46,271 nt of DNA. Source: Octopus bimaculoides. Lineage: Eukaryota. Below, piece by piece: positions 34,220 to 46,271 of this stretch. The notes beneath the pieces are model-generated. The model made no database searches and was not told the origin of the DNA. It was given only the letters and a program-made list of their open reading frames with translations. The stretch lies in contig NC_068993.1 of assembly GCF_001194135.2 (NCBI RefSeq), positions 62,982,771-63,029,041 of the forward strand. Reading direction: 5' to 3'. Both the position numbers and the translations under genes were made by a program. The first letter of the stretch is position 1; each line of letters begins with the position of its first letter.

Positions 34220-34535
34220 TCCTTTATGTTCACGCAGATACGATGTGAACGAAGCAACTCTTGTCCAGCATTGTCTCTTGAGTTTCTTCTTGGCCAGCAT
34301 CCACCGCCTTCGATAGTCTGTGTATGGATGCTCTCATCTTTGGATTAACAAACTTCAAAGAACGGTTCACAACTTCACAACTATATATGTGGCCTAAACT
34401 AACATAGGAAGCCCACCAATTGGAAATCCAACGCGTCTTTATGGTCTTCATTGGTGTTGCTGGATAATCTACGTTGCAGCGGTGTACCTCAGCTGCTATT
34501 TCGGAAACGCTCGTGCCACCACCAGAAGATATTAT
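34220..34535 (-). mobile_element. Merlin (ISXO2/IS1595-like DDE) transposase remnant
   Basis: Joined across frameshifts: EV..AAT*IIQQH..RP...ISNWWASYVSLGHIYSCEVVNRSLKFVNP...TQTIEG/WMLAKKKLKRQ...SYLRE. This resembles the Merlin pattern IxxxIxPGTxIxSDxWxxY...VNHSxxFVxPxTGAHTQxIExxW. Confidence 0.8.
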
Positions 34536-34678
34536 GTCACTAGGTGCATCAGAGTTTATGAAATTATAGGATTTAATTACCGCCGCTTCCGACGCAATTT
34601 ACTTTCACTTTTTACCAAACTATGCTACGTTAACTATACATGTTCACACACGCGCACATACATACATACATACATACA

Positions 34679-34712
<34 letters not shown>

Positions 34713-35204
34713 CAGCTCTGCATGTATGTATGTATGTATGTATGTATGTATGTATGTATACACTCACTCTTTCACACGCACTCAGAAATTTATTTACATA
34801 TATATTGTCGATATTTCGATCGATTTAATTGCAGACATGCTTCGTGGGGGGGGGGGGCATGTGAGTGTGTGCGTGTGCGGATACTTCATGTGTGCTTGTG
34901 TACGTTTTCCTATTTCCTCATTCTATAAGAAGACATTCAACGTTTATCAACTGAGAAGAAAATATCTGTAGTCGATAGGAAAGCGGCTGACCCCCACCTC
35001 CAAAAATATACTCTACAGAAATACATTCAATGACCCTCAGTGTGACAAAAATAATTATTGAAATTTTGCAATATTAGATGTTCTTATGCTATTCGCAAGC
35101 AAGTTAATGGACGAGTCTATGCGATTGCTTCACTTACCAGAAATAGTAGCCCAAATCTCCTCAATTCGCAACCTAACGATTTAAAAACAGAAAGAACATT
35201 GAAT

Positions 35205-35545
35205 ACTGTAGTTCTGGCTCGGTGGTTAGAGCGTCGGGCTCACAACCATGAGGTAGTGAGCTCGATTCCCGGACCGAGACGTGCTGCGTTCTTGTGCAAG
35301 ACACTTTATTTCACGTTGTTCCATACAGTTCACTCAGCCGTAGAAACGAGTTACGACGTCATTGGTGCCAAGCTGTATCGGCCCCTTTGCTTTTCCCTTG
35401 GATAATATCAGTGGCATGAAGAGGGGAGGCTGGTATGCATGAGTGACTACCGGTCTTCCATAAACAAACCTTGCCCACACTTGTGCCTTGGAGGGTGACT
35501 TTCTATGTGCAATCCCATGGTCAGTCATGACCGAAAGGGGTCTTT
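35205..35545 (+). mobile_element. tRNA-derived SINE family D, near full length
   Basis: A-box TGGCTCGGTGG (35215-35225), B-box-like GAGCTCGATTCCC (35258-35270), then ttcttgtgcaagacactttatttcac. Confidence 0.85.
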
Positions 35546-36611
35546 CTTCATACGTAACAGTAGAATGGGATGGTCATGATTTGAATGTTCTGGTGAAAGA
35601 CCTGCTCGATGAGGACTGGCCTGGGAGTACAAAACAACGCCAACGACGACGATAAGGAAAACAATAACAGGAGTACGGGGGAGTAGCAGCCCTGGACGAA
35701 GAAACCCTTAATCATAGACTTTCCCGCTTCCAGCCGTAGCCATCTGTCTTATTTAAAGCGTCTTTCCATTTTAAAACCAGCAGGGTGTGATTTGGAGCGA
35801 ATTCGATATTATTTCTGGTGGGTCGATCGATCACATAGACTCCCTCACATTGACTCGCTAAAAGCTGTCATGAAATGGTACTAAGTACCATAAGTAAACG
35901 TTGCACAGCATTGTCCCGAACAGGATTTGCTGCGTGTGAATGGAAAAGTCTTTCTAGGGCTGCGTGTAGAAGTAATTAACAACGATCATGAACATTTAAG
36001 AAGATTTTATCACTGTACATAGTGTTTTCTGTGTTGGTCCTTTAAAAAAAAACTAACAACAACAATTTCGCACCGAGAGAGAGACAAACTATTGGGATTT
36101 ATGACGATTAACTGATATAGCAATCTGTGACTGGCCCATCACAACTGGTAAATAATCGTGCTATATTCATGGTGACAAAATCTATGTCTTCTATCTGCTA
36201 TTGGTTGGTGGTAAATGAGAATGGAGACGTCGAGAGGCTGTTTGAACAGGATCACCGCCAAAAACCACCTTTATATAGGGCTCAGTGAGAAAGTTCTAGA
36301 GAGTCGAATGGACGTTGACTTGACGCTGGTTGATTGTTTAATCGGCCGATCACGTGAAACTACTGCGCTTTGGTCAGCAAACAAGCGAGTCGGTTTCGAA
36401 TCTGCTACACTATTTAAATAAAAGTTCCTCAAAAAAAGATTTAATCCTAATCTGGGGTTGCTTGTGAGGAGCCAATGAGGATTGAAAAAGGGGTCATGCT
36501 TGGCAAAATTTGCCGTGTTTTGTTAAATTAAGATGGGTTTGAACTTTTAAAATTGTCCCCTGACACTGACACTATCCTGACGTAAACTCATTTGTGATTT
36601 TTCATGAAAGA

Positions 36612-36975
36612 CGTGGGATTGCGTAGCTGTGCAATAAGAAGTTTGCTTCCCAAACACATGGTTCCGGGTTCAGTCTTCTACTGTAGCTTTGGGCCGACCA
36701 AAGCCTTGAGAGTGGATTTGGTAGGTGGAAACTGAAAGAAGCCCGTCGTATATACATATATGCGCGTATGTGTGTGTGTGCGTTTCCCACTACCGCTTGA
36801 CAATTGGTATTGGTGTGTTTACGTTCGCGTAACTGCGGTTCGGCAAAAGAGCCCGATAGAATAAGTTAAAAGAAAAAGTAAGTACTGGGGTTGATTCATT
36901 CGACTTAAAATTCTTCAATGCAGTGCCCCAGCATGGCCGCAGTCTAATGACTGAAACAAGTAAAAGATAAAAGAT
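36612..36975 (+). mobile_element. SINE family A, near full length
   Basis: Head, body and tail blocks all match the 29711-30050 copy; tail gactgaaacaagtaaaagataaaagataaa. Confidence 0.9.
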
Positions 36976-37388
36976 AAAAACAGTTGTTTGATCACCTAGA
37001 AATAACAAACACTGTTGTAGCCGAGAGTACGCTATAAGAAAAGGGCGGGACAGTCATGGATGAAGAGATCATAGATTTGTCCAATTGGAACCAACTCGGG
37101 GCTAAATAAAACATCTATCAGCAGCGTCACCAAGAATAACGATTCAGGAATTTTTACCACTAACACAGGACGTCATGTAGCGTGACAGCAGCTCTCAGCC
37201 TACTATGAGCATATAGCATGGTGGTTGTTATTATAGGGGTGGTAGTGGGAGATTTGTGTCTTCAAATAGTGTAACCATCTGTTCTAAATCTATTTCACAT
37301 TTTCGGCACTATTTATAAACAAACATTTATAAACGCTATCATCCAAAGTTATCAGAGGTGTTCTACAAAACATCGATCAAATAAGCTT

Positions 37389-37423
<35 letters not shown>

Positions 37424-38902
37424 TGGGGGGTTGTTTTGTGTTGTTTGTTTGTATTTATTATGTTCTACATATCCTATTTCATTAACCCTGCTCACACGCC
37501 TGAACACACACAGATACAAACATCTGTGTGTGTATGTATGTATGTATATATATATATATATATATATGAAAGAAGGTTTGAAAATGCACTTATTTTTAAA
37601 AAATATTTATTTACTTAACCGGTTTCACTTTTTTAGAAAAAGATTATCAAAAGTCTTTGAGAATAATAAAAAATGTTAAAAAACAGTCTGAGTATTAAAA
37701 TGCATATATACATTCTTTGATGATAAAATATATTTAAAGTATAAAGCTTTGTATGAACTTTGTAGTGTTACATACTGATTGTCACACATTCTCTGATATT
37801 AAGGTGAAATTGTTAAAAACAGTGTTAAAAACAGTGTATGAAAATACACATATGGAAAAATACATATACATATNNNNNNNNNNNNNNNNNNNNNNNNNNN
37901 NNNNNNNNNNNNNNNNNNNNNNNNNNNNNNNNNNNNNNNNNNNNNNNNNNNNNNNNNNNNNNNNNNNNNNNNNNNNNNNNNNNNNNNNNNNNNNNNNNNN
38001 NNNNNNNNNNNNNNNNNNNNNNNNNNNNNNNNNNNNNNNNNNNNNNNNNNNNNNNNNNNNNNNNNNNNNNNNNNNNNNNNNNNNNNNNNNNNNNNNNNNN
38101 NNNNNNNNNNNNNNNNNNNNNNNNNNNNNNNNNNNNNNNNNNNNNNNNNNNNNNNNNNNNNNNNNNNNNNNNNNNNNNNNNNNNNNNNNNNNNNNNNNNN
38201 NNNNNNNNNNNNNNNNNNNNNNNNNNNNNNNNNNNNNNNNNNNNNNNNNNNNNNNNNNNNNNNNNNNNNNNNNNNNNNNNNNNNNNNNNNNNNNNNNNNN
38301 NNNNNNNNNNNNNNNNNNNNNNNNNNNNNNNNNNNNNNNNNNNNNNNNNNNNNNNNNNNNNNNNNNNNNNNNNNNNNNNNNNNNNNNNNNNNNNNNNNNN
38401 NNNNNNNNNNNNNNNNNNNNNNNNNNNNNNNNNNNNNNNNNNNNNNNNNNNNNNNNNNNNNNNNNNNNNNNNNNNNNNNNNNNNNNNNNNNNNNNNNNNN
38501 NNNNNNNNNNNNNNNNNNNNNNNNNNNNNNNNNNNNNNNNNNNNNNNNNNNNNNNNNNNNNGTTCAAAACTTTCTGTCAAACTCTTTCTGTTGTTTTTTT
38601 CTTCCCTTTCTTCATGTCTTTGCTTTGAATGAAAAAAGGCCGCCATTTAAAAAAAAAATATGCGTATTTATTGGAACGATCGCCAAATTGATCATCATAT
38701 TGCATTTGTTGTGATGTTGTGACGAATCAGTCCTCATATGCGCTGTGAAAGACCGTTTAGACAGTGCGTAAGACTGAATCAATACTTGCAATGTAAATTG
38801 ACGAAACGATTGCAAACAATGTATTGGAATCAATATCGCAATCTCCGTTGTCCAATGTTTATATACACATACATACGTATCTTTGTATGCATATGTATGT
38901 GT

Positions 38903-38906
38903 GTGT

Positions 38907-38984
<78 letters not shown>
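38903..38984. repeat. (GATA)n microsatellite
   Basis: Visible directly. Confidence 0.95.
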
Positions 38985-38986
<2 letters not shown>

Positions 38987-39265
38987 GCTTCTTTATTAGT
39001 TTATTAGCCACACAAGGCCGAACACAGAGGGGACAAAATACAATGGAGAGCTTTTCTTTCCGAAAATAGAAAAAAAAAGAGAAAAATAAAGTTCCGATCA
39101 AAAGGGAACGTGAGAAGAAAAAAAAATGATGAAAAAGGATCGTATATCACAGAAAATATTTAAAATGTAAAAAGCAAGATTAGGTTTATCCGTGGAAAGG
39201 AAAGCACACGGAAAAGACCTCGGTAACCTCAGGCAGGGAGTGAATAAACACATGAGAGCAAAGTG

Positions 39266-39370
<105 letters not shown>

Positions 39371-39528
39371 CAATTTACAGGATCATGCTCAAAGTGGTTT
39401 CTTCACACCCACGTACCATCTTTGCTACATTCGCCCACCTTTTATTGAAAGTTTCATGAGACAAAACTTGCCTCTACTCTTAACTTCCTTTTCAAGTGCT
39501 ACTTGAAAAAGTTGATGAGCGATTGGCC

Positions 39529-39589
<61 letters not shown>

Positions 39590-39710
39590 GCATATGTATA
39601 TGCTTCAGGCATAGAACATCTTTGCAATTGCACAATTTGTAACCTTAGACAGTCTCCATCACGTAAACCGATAAAAGTGTCGTAAAATAGTTTGACTTTT
39701 GTCTAGGGAA

Positions 39711-39753
<43 letters not shown>

Positions 39754-40377
39754 TTATTTATCTATCTATGCTTATCTCTCTGACTATCATCTATCAATGT
39801 CTATCGACTTACCTACCTACCAACCGACCGACCTACATACCTACATACAAACATACATACATGCATATATACATACATACATGCATGCATGCATACACAC
39901 ATACATGTATACATACATATACACGCATACTCACGCACACCTCCACACATATACACTACTTCACTGACACACATCTCTGTTTGTGTGTGCGTGCGTGCGT
40001 GAATGCATGCTTGCGTGTGGTGCGTATGTGTGCGTGCGTGCGTGCGTGTGTGCGTGCGTGCTTTGTGTTTGCATTTCAATTGGTCTTGCCTCGTTCAAAA
40101 TCCATTGTTAAACTCTTAAACTCTTAGACTCTTTATATCGATCAGCGCTTCCTTTGATGTCTGAACGTGGATTTGTTTCGAAAAATCTGCTTTAGTAGTA
40201 AGGAGCATATATATATATATATATATATATATANNNNNNNNNNNNNNNNNNNNNNNNNNNNNNNNNNNNNNNNNNNNNNNNNNNNNNNNNNNNNNNNNNN
40301 NNNNNNNNNNNNNNNNNNNNNNNNNNNNNNNNNNNNNNNNNNNNNNNNNNNNNNNNNNNNNNNNNNNNNNNNNNNNN

Positions 40378-40410
<33 letters not shown>

Positions 40411-40825
40411 TGAAAGAGTGAGAATAAGAGAGAGAGAGTAAAAGAAGAAGGAGAAAGAATGGGAGAAAGTGAGAGAGAGAGAAAGTTGATGCGGGAAAGA
40501 GAAGGAAAGATAAGGAACTCGAGGAGAGAGAGAGAGAGAGGGAGAGAGATAAGCGCGAGATTGAGTGTGATTAACAAGGCGAGTGAGATACCGTTGAGAT
40601 CAGAGACAGCACGATAAGGATACACACATATACATTATATGTGTGTGTGTGTGTGTGTGTATATACATGCATTATCTAGATATATATATGTATGTATCCA
40701 TTATATGTGTGTATGTGTGTATAGATATATAATATATATGTATATGTGTGCATGTGTGTATAGATATATATAATATATATGTATATAATATATATACATG
40801 TATACACAAAGTTTTGTAGATATAC

Positions 40826-40871
<46 letters not shown>

Positions 40872-41394
40872 TTATATACATATATATGTATATATAGTCA
40901 TATACGTATAGATGNNNNNNNNNNNNNNNNNNNNNNNNNNNNNNNNNNNNNNNNNNNNNNNNNNNNNNNNNNNNNNNNNNNNNNNNNNNNNNNNNNNNNN
41001 NNNNNNNNNNNNNNNNNNNNNNNNNNNNNNNNNNNNNNNNNNNNNNNNNNNNNNNNNNNNNNNNNNNNNNNNNNNNNNNNNNNNNNNNNNNNNNNNNNNN
41101 NNNNNNNNNNNNNNNNNNNNNNNNNNNNNNNNNNNNNNNNNNNNNNNNNNNNNNNNNNNNNNNNNNNNNNNNNNNNNNNNNNNNNNNNNNNNNNNNNNNN
41201 NNNNNNNNNNNNNNNNNNNNNNNNNNNNNNNNNNNNNNNNNNNNNNNNNNNNNNNNNNNNNNNNNNNNNNNNNNNNNNNNNNNNNNNNNNNNNNNNNNNN
41301 NNNNNNNNNNNNNNNNNNNNNNNNNNNNNNNNNNNNNNNNNNNNNNNNNNGTGGTTTCGTTATTTGCTACGACAGTGGTTAAATGAAAAGACGT

Positions 41395-41535
41395 TTGAAG
41401 AGCTCGAAGCAACGTGTACTTTATTTTATCGATCTTGAAAAGAATTAAGGCCAAAGTTGACCGCCACCAGATACAAACTCGAAATTTTAGAAAATCGCAG
41501 ACATTTTGTTCGATGCTCTTCTGATTTTGCTAATC
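41395..41535 (-). mobile_element. SINE family B, degenerate
   Basis: gtactttattttatcgatcttgaaaagaattaaggccaaagttgaccgcc...aaactcgaaat. Confidence 0.6.
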
Positions 41536-42664
41536 TACTGTGAATGTGTAAAATCTGTTCTTGACTCAAGTGGGTGTTTATACATAATTCAATGAAGTCG
41601 TTTGTTCCAATATTTCCCAAATAACGCTGGAATGGTAAAAACAGCAGATTATCAGCGAAACTACTTCTGTGAAAAGCCCTTTTACTGGGTTCGAATATCT
41701 CTGAAAGCCGGCAGGGTTAAAACGGTTCGTTTTGGTCGACCACATGACACATGATCATGGTAGACAAGGAGGTATCCAAAGGAGACGTTGACTGATTGGA
41801 ACCATTCGCTCGGGAGGACCCGGGAATATACTGATAAATGGTGAATGCAGCAAAGCGCTGCAACTGCGCATGTCTCCACACCTGACCTGACCGGTTCTAT
41901 ATTTGGTGCTTCCTCGTTATGTTTTTCTTTCTTTTTTTTTTCTGACTTTATTTGGTTTTGCATTTAATTCTTCGTTTTGTTCATATTCATAATTGTTCCG
42001 CTGATCTATTATTTATTCCACTTTGCGTAGATTTTTAATTCTTCCTCTTTTATTAATTATATTCTTCGTCTTTCATATTTAGTTAAACTCATCGTTCTTC
42101 ATCATTGTTTATATTCTTGGTTCTGCTCGTTTTTTTGCCTTCGTAGTTTATCATTCTTCGAAGAAAAACGTTCATATCAGAATATAATCGCATTCTTAGT
42201 AGAATTCTTTGGCTGTCTTGTGTAGTTATCCTCATCTTTGTTTATATTATTAGTTCTTTTTCTTTGATTTTATTCTCGTTTCTTAGCGTTTAGTTACTTT
42301 TCATTGTTTGCTATCTGCTTGTTACCTCATTTCGTTTATACTATTTGTTCATCTTTTGTTGCATAGTTTGTTCCACGTTTTTGTTTCATTCTTAGTTCTT
42401 CATTTTCTTATAGTGTTAATTATCCAGCTTTGATTAGGTTATTGTTTGTTCGTCTGCATTCGTTGTTCGTCATCAACGTTGTGCTTATCTTCCTGTATTA
42501 TAATCTCCGTTTCTCAATAATGGTTAAAATTTTATATCTTAGTGTTTGGGTATTGTTTTTTTTTTCTCTTCGCTATTTTTCTTGTATCGTTAAATACTTG
42601 TTTCGTATTTTTTTTTGTTGTTATTCTTAATTGTATATGTTTAGGGATATTCTCCGTTGTTACG

Positions 42665-42880
42665 TAGGAAAGTATCGCAAGGCAGAATCTTCAACGCTAG
42701 CGAACCTGTATGAGTCGTAGGATTAGACCAAGAACGAGGTAGTTTTAGAGTATCCATAGTGTCAGTTGGTCACGCTTGGAAATCCAGCAGGAAAGTCAAA
42801 TGACAACTACTTTTGACAAGACCCTAAGGCGGGGGTGCCTGGGGTCGTTATAACCACCACCCTCCCAGGAATAGAGGGCG
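42665..42880 (+). mobile_element. RTE-clade (Expander/Rex3-like) LINE 3' end, decayed
   Basis: One frame reads SIARQNLQR*RTCMSRRIRPRTR*F*SIHSVSWSRLEIQQESQMTTTFDKTLRRGCLGSL*PPPSQE*, resembling RLARQ...RPRGRPRTRWxDY...AWSRLGI...VA.DR..W...L..LPPRP. Confidence 0.7.
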
Positions 42881-43696
42881 GGGAAAATTAATGATTGTCC
42901 TTCTTTGATTATTTTGTGAACTCTTCAGTTTTGGTTGGTTTCTGGTTTACTCGCCTTGAGTTACAGCCTAGTTTCTTTATGTATTCTTTGTCCTCCATGC
43001 TTAATTTCTTCATTCTTCGTAATATTTATATTTCTTCGTCTTTGGTGATATTCCTAGTTCCTCATCTTTGGTTTTTTTCTTGGTTCTTCATGTTAAGTAT
43101 ATATTTTGTGTTCTTAGTGTACGTTTTTTGTTATGTGTTTGATTATATATCTGTAGCTTCTTTTTGTTTTTGATAAATTTTTGGGCTTGTATTGCTTTGC
43201 TTTTTTTTTTCTTGTGTGTGTTTTGGTTATATCTTCTATAAATTCTGCTTTTGGTCCTCGCCGTTTCCTATACAGAGTAAAAAGGCAATAAATCCAATTA
43301 TTGTTTTTGCTTTTATGAATTTTCGCATTATAATTTTCGTCCCCACCAATTTGAGTTCTGTTAGATGAGGTTCCTTTTATATGTGCCCATAATGATAATT
43401 CATTAAAACTTGCATCGGCAACCTTTTATCTATTGAAACTTTTAATTACAGTTACTATTTATGTAAAATTTCCATCAAAAAAAATTATGAATTTTCCTTC
43501 AAAAGAAACGCGTTTGGATATACTGTTTTTTCGCTTTGACTCTACAGACCACTTAATCCCATCACTATATATATATATATATATACACTCATATACATAA
43601 CTTGGGATACAGGGCTACTATGCAAATTATACTCTCATTTTTAAAATGGTAGGATGGCGATGTAGGTTTAGAGTGATGGTATAGTTTGTGGTTATC

Positions 43697-43698
43697 AT

Positions 43699-43729
<31 letters not shown>

Positions 43730-43935
43730 AATGAGGAGGAAGAGGAGAAGAAGAAGAAGAAGAAGAAGAAGAAGAAGAAGAAGAAGAAGAAGAAGAAGAA
43801 GAAAGTGGTGGTGGTGGCGGCGGCGGCGGCGGTCATGATGGTGATTATGATGATGATAGTAGTGGTGATGAAGGCGATGATGATGATAGTAGTGGTGGTA
43901 GTGATGGGATAGTTATGGCAACAACGACGACAACG
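43697..43935. repeat. Compound trinucleotide tract (GAT)n-(GAG)-(AAG)n-(GTG)n-(GCG)n-(GAT/AGT)
   Basis: Visible directly. Confidence 0.9.
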
Positions 43936-44193
43936 AAGGGGAGGAGGCAAAGCTGAAACCCGTTATTCCATGTAATTAATAGATTTTGCGCGCGTGCGTG
44001 CGCGCGTGTGTGTGTGTGTGTGTTTGTGTGTATGAGTGTGTGCCTGTCGCAGAAAGAAAGAAAGGAAGGAAGGAAGTGTAGCTATAAGTAGAAGATTCCC
44101 AAGGGCCCCGCGGACCTTAATGGAATCAGTTACAGCTGTGGTTCCATCTTGGCAATACTATTTTAAATTTCATTTTAGTCTTTGCTTCAACGC

Positions 44194-44255
<62 letters not shown>

Positions 44256-44271
44256 CAGTAGTAGTAGTAGT
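44194..44271. repeat. (GTA)n microsatellite
   Basis: Visible directly. Confidence 0.95.
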
Positions 44272-44619
44272 TTCAAGAACCAATTTCTAAACCAAAATCG
44301 ACCCCGCTGGTCACCAAACTCTGGAAGACAGATCTAAATTTAAACGATACATATTTATCTAACGAAATAATATATTACACCAGACACTATCGATTTTTTT
44401 CTTTTCCAGTGTTTTTTTTTTCTCTTTTTTTTTTAATTTACTTCTTTTAATTTATTTGTTCTTCACAGTTTCAGGTTGAAATTTGAAATTTTCCTCGTTT
44501 ACTCATCCTTTCATAATTTCTCTACAGAAAGAAGATGCTGTCGAAATCACCTGGCATAACGTTATGTCTTCTGGGTTATTTATGAATTTAGTTATTAAAT
44601 TTTTTTAATACTTTTTGTG

Positions 44620-44745
44620 GCTAACAGGCGAGGACATAGTCGTGTGGTTAAAATGCTTGCTTCTCGACCATGTGGTTCCTGGTTCGGTCTCAATCAGCGG
44701 AAATTTGAGCAAGTGTCTTCAACTGGTTGAAAACCAAACTTATTA
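44620..44745 (+). mobile_element. SINE family A, 5' fragment
   Basis: gtggttaaaatgcttgcttc...accatgtggttcctggttcggtctc...gagcaagtgtctt. Confidence 0.65.
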
Positions 44746-44779
44746 CACAGCAGCGCCTACACACGCACGTACACACATG

Positions 44780-44834
<55 letters not shown>

Positions 44835-44843
44835 GTGTATAAA

Positions 44844-45003
44844 CTTCATTAAAAAGCAACAAAAATATCACAAAAGCTGTAACTCAGAGTTTCACGTTCC
44901 CGTTCGTCGGACATTCTCAACAAAACTGTCCGACGAAGGGGAACGTGAAACGTGAAACTCTGAGTAGCAGTTTTTGTGATATTTTTGCTGATTTTAATAA
45001 AGC
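44844..45003. mobile_element. Inverted repeat (~70-bp arms, 13-nt spacer) carrying one HHR-like motif on each strand; inverted Penelope pLTR-like
   Basis: Plus strand: aaaactgt-CCGACGA-...-GAAA-CTCTGAGTA-gcagtttt (8-bp stem I). Minus strand: tgt-CCGACGA-ACG ggaa CGT-GAAA-CTCTGAGTT-aca. Confidence 0.65.
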
Positions 45004-45119
45004 ATATTACTCTACCTCTGATATTCGAGTACTATTTTTTCCACCTTGTGAGAGAGAGAGAGATTAATGGATAGATAAACAGATAAACAGAGCAAGAGAA
45101 AGTGAGTGAAAAGCCGAGA

Positions 45120-45660
45120 GAGAAAATAAGGAAGAAACAAATTTAGAAAGGACAAATATAAAAGACCAGCACGAAGAATTCAGCAAGAAACTGAAGGAAA
45201 ACCGAACGGAAGACCTGACAAAGCACAAGCAATAAAAAAATATACAAACTTGTAATGTAGGAACAAACAACGATGTATTCAATGAAGCGGTTATTGAACC
45301 ACAGCGTTATGAAGAAATGAAGACGTTGTGGCAGTTTTATAACAAAAGTATTTTGCCATAGAAAAAGCTATAAGATGGATGTTTCAAAAAGTATTGTTAC
45401 AAAAGCTGACTGCCACTTTCAATGAGACGAGAGCTTTCTCCTTTCTTAAGGTCTCTTGTGAATGCTCTTGAAAAATCCATATCACTGAAACTTCAAAGAA
45501 AACCCAAGTCGTACAAATCGTCTTTATTATCGGCATTAATGAGAACGTAGAATTATTCACAGCTTCCTGGAAGTGGATCTTACAGTTTCAAAGTACGCTA
45601 TCAAATGTAAGATGATTTAAAAGTCCCTTTAAGTATTCATATAAACCAGCTTACAGCAGT
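45120..45660 (+). mobile_element. Helitron RepHel N-terminal region, decayed
   Basis: Single frame 45317-45610 reads MKTLWQFYNKSILP*KKL*DGCFKKYCYKS*LPLSMRRELSPFLRSLVN...KSYKSSLLSALMRT*NYSQLPGSGSYSFKVRYQM. This follows the Helitron pattern MxxxCxxC...F..CC..G...LP...P..L..L...YNS..AFASMG...PGxGPYxFxIxGQ. Confidence 0.7.
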
Positions 45661-46271
45661 GGTCAGTTAGGGCCAGTAGATACGTTTCGTCACCTCCTCT
45701 CTTTATCCTTTCTTCACACCTCTCACTTCCACTTCTTTTCTATAGCCTTCATCAACCTCCGCCACTGTATTCAAAACCCTCCACAGACCGCCGTTGACTA
45801 CCACAGCTCCATGGCTCATGGCCTCCAGAGTTGTACTATGAAATACACTGTAAATATATTATAAAACGGCAACTAAGTCAGTAATTAATAGCAACAGAGA
45901 ATGTATTTATACCAAGAGGTATTAAAGTAGATGTTGTGTTAGAAAACAGAATACTACGATAGTTACCAAGAAAGAACTTCTCATATGGACGCGTGGTGTA
46001 TATAAGCACTTGTGTTTATATCAGTAGCGGGAGATAATCATCCGCTATCACCGGAGCGATCATATCACGTGATTTCGGCCTTCTTTGGCCTTGCCGATGG
46101 TAGACGTTCGAAGCTAGAAATCGTAACAAGATTCCTCCACCAGCGCTCCCATTAGCAATATAAACATGAGTACTTACATGCACCAAAAGTCCATACGAGA
46201 GGTTCAATCAAGGTAAATAATCCAGTATGATCCAGGGGGGAGGTCCAGATGATCCGTGGGGGGGGGGGAAA

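Noticed and set aside
34238-34560. Plus-strand exon candidate after a strong acceptor
   Set aside because: Stops occur in all frames; it is the reverse strand of the Merlin remnant
35213-35275. tRNA-like A and B boxes
   Set aside because: Head of a SINE; it continues into a shared SINE body, and a second copy is at 27765-28010
43688-43950. Poly-D/E/K/G ORFs
   Set aside because: Compound triplet microsatellite with no splice or homology support
45675-45720. Minus-strand GGTGAC-GAAACGTA half-hammerhead
   Set aside because: The CUGANGA box and 5' arm of stem II are absent

Overview
Eukaryotic, AT-rich, microsatellite- and SINE-dense genomic window with about a dozen N gaps. It is most likely from an octopus (inferred from the SINE families and repeat landscape, not proven). 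The only host gene I can support is BLTP1/KIAA1109 (tweek/lpd-3 family bridge-like lipid transfer protein) on the minus strand. Its first coding exon is 24586-24388, and I found no second coding exon in the remaining 24 kb, so positions 1-24387 appear to be one large intron. A CpG-richer promoter-like region with YY1 and ETS motifs lies at about 25150-25760. Nearly all long ORFs in the supplied track are microsatellite or gap artefacts. Manual translation reveals relics the track misses: a Penelope-like GIY-YIG endonuclease, a CRE-type RLE LINE end, a Merlin transposase, an RTE/Expander LINE end and a Helitron RepHel N-terminus. The most striking unannotated signal is a set of type I hammerhead-ribozyme (HHR) motifs. 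It comprises a dispersed family with a shared consensus (four clear copies, two of them 259 nt apart in tandem), an inverted HHR pair at 44.9 kb, an isolated near-complete motif at 5.85 kb, and a compact hairpin-HHR-hairpin module at 29.2-29.5 kb abutting a TA tract. These fit Penelope pseudo-LTRs or retrozymes. Most copies carry core or stem defects, and activity is untested.
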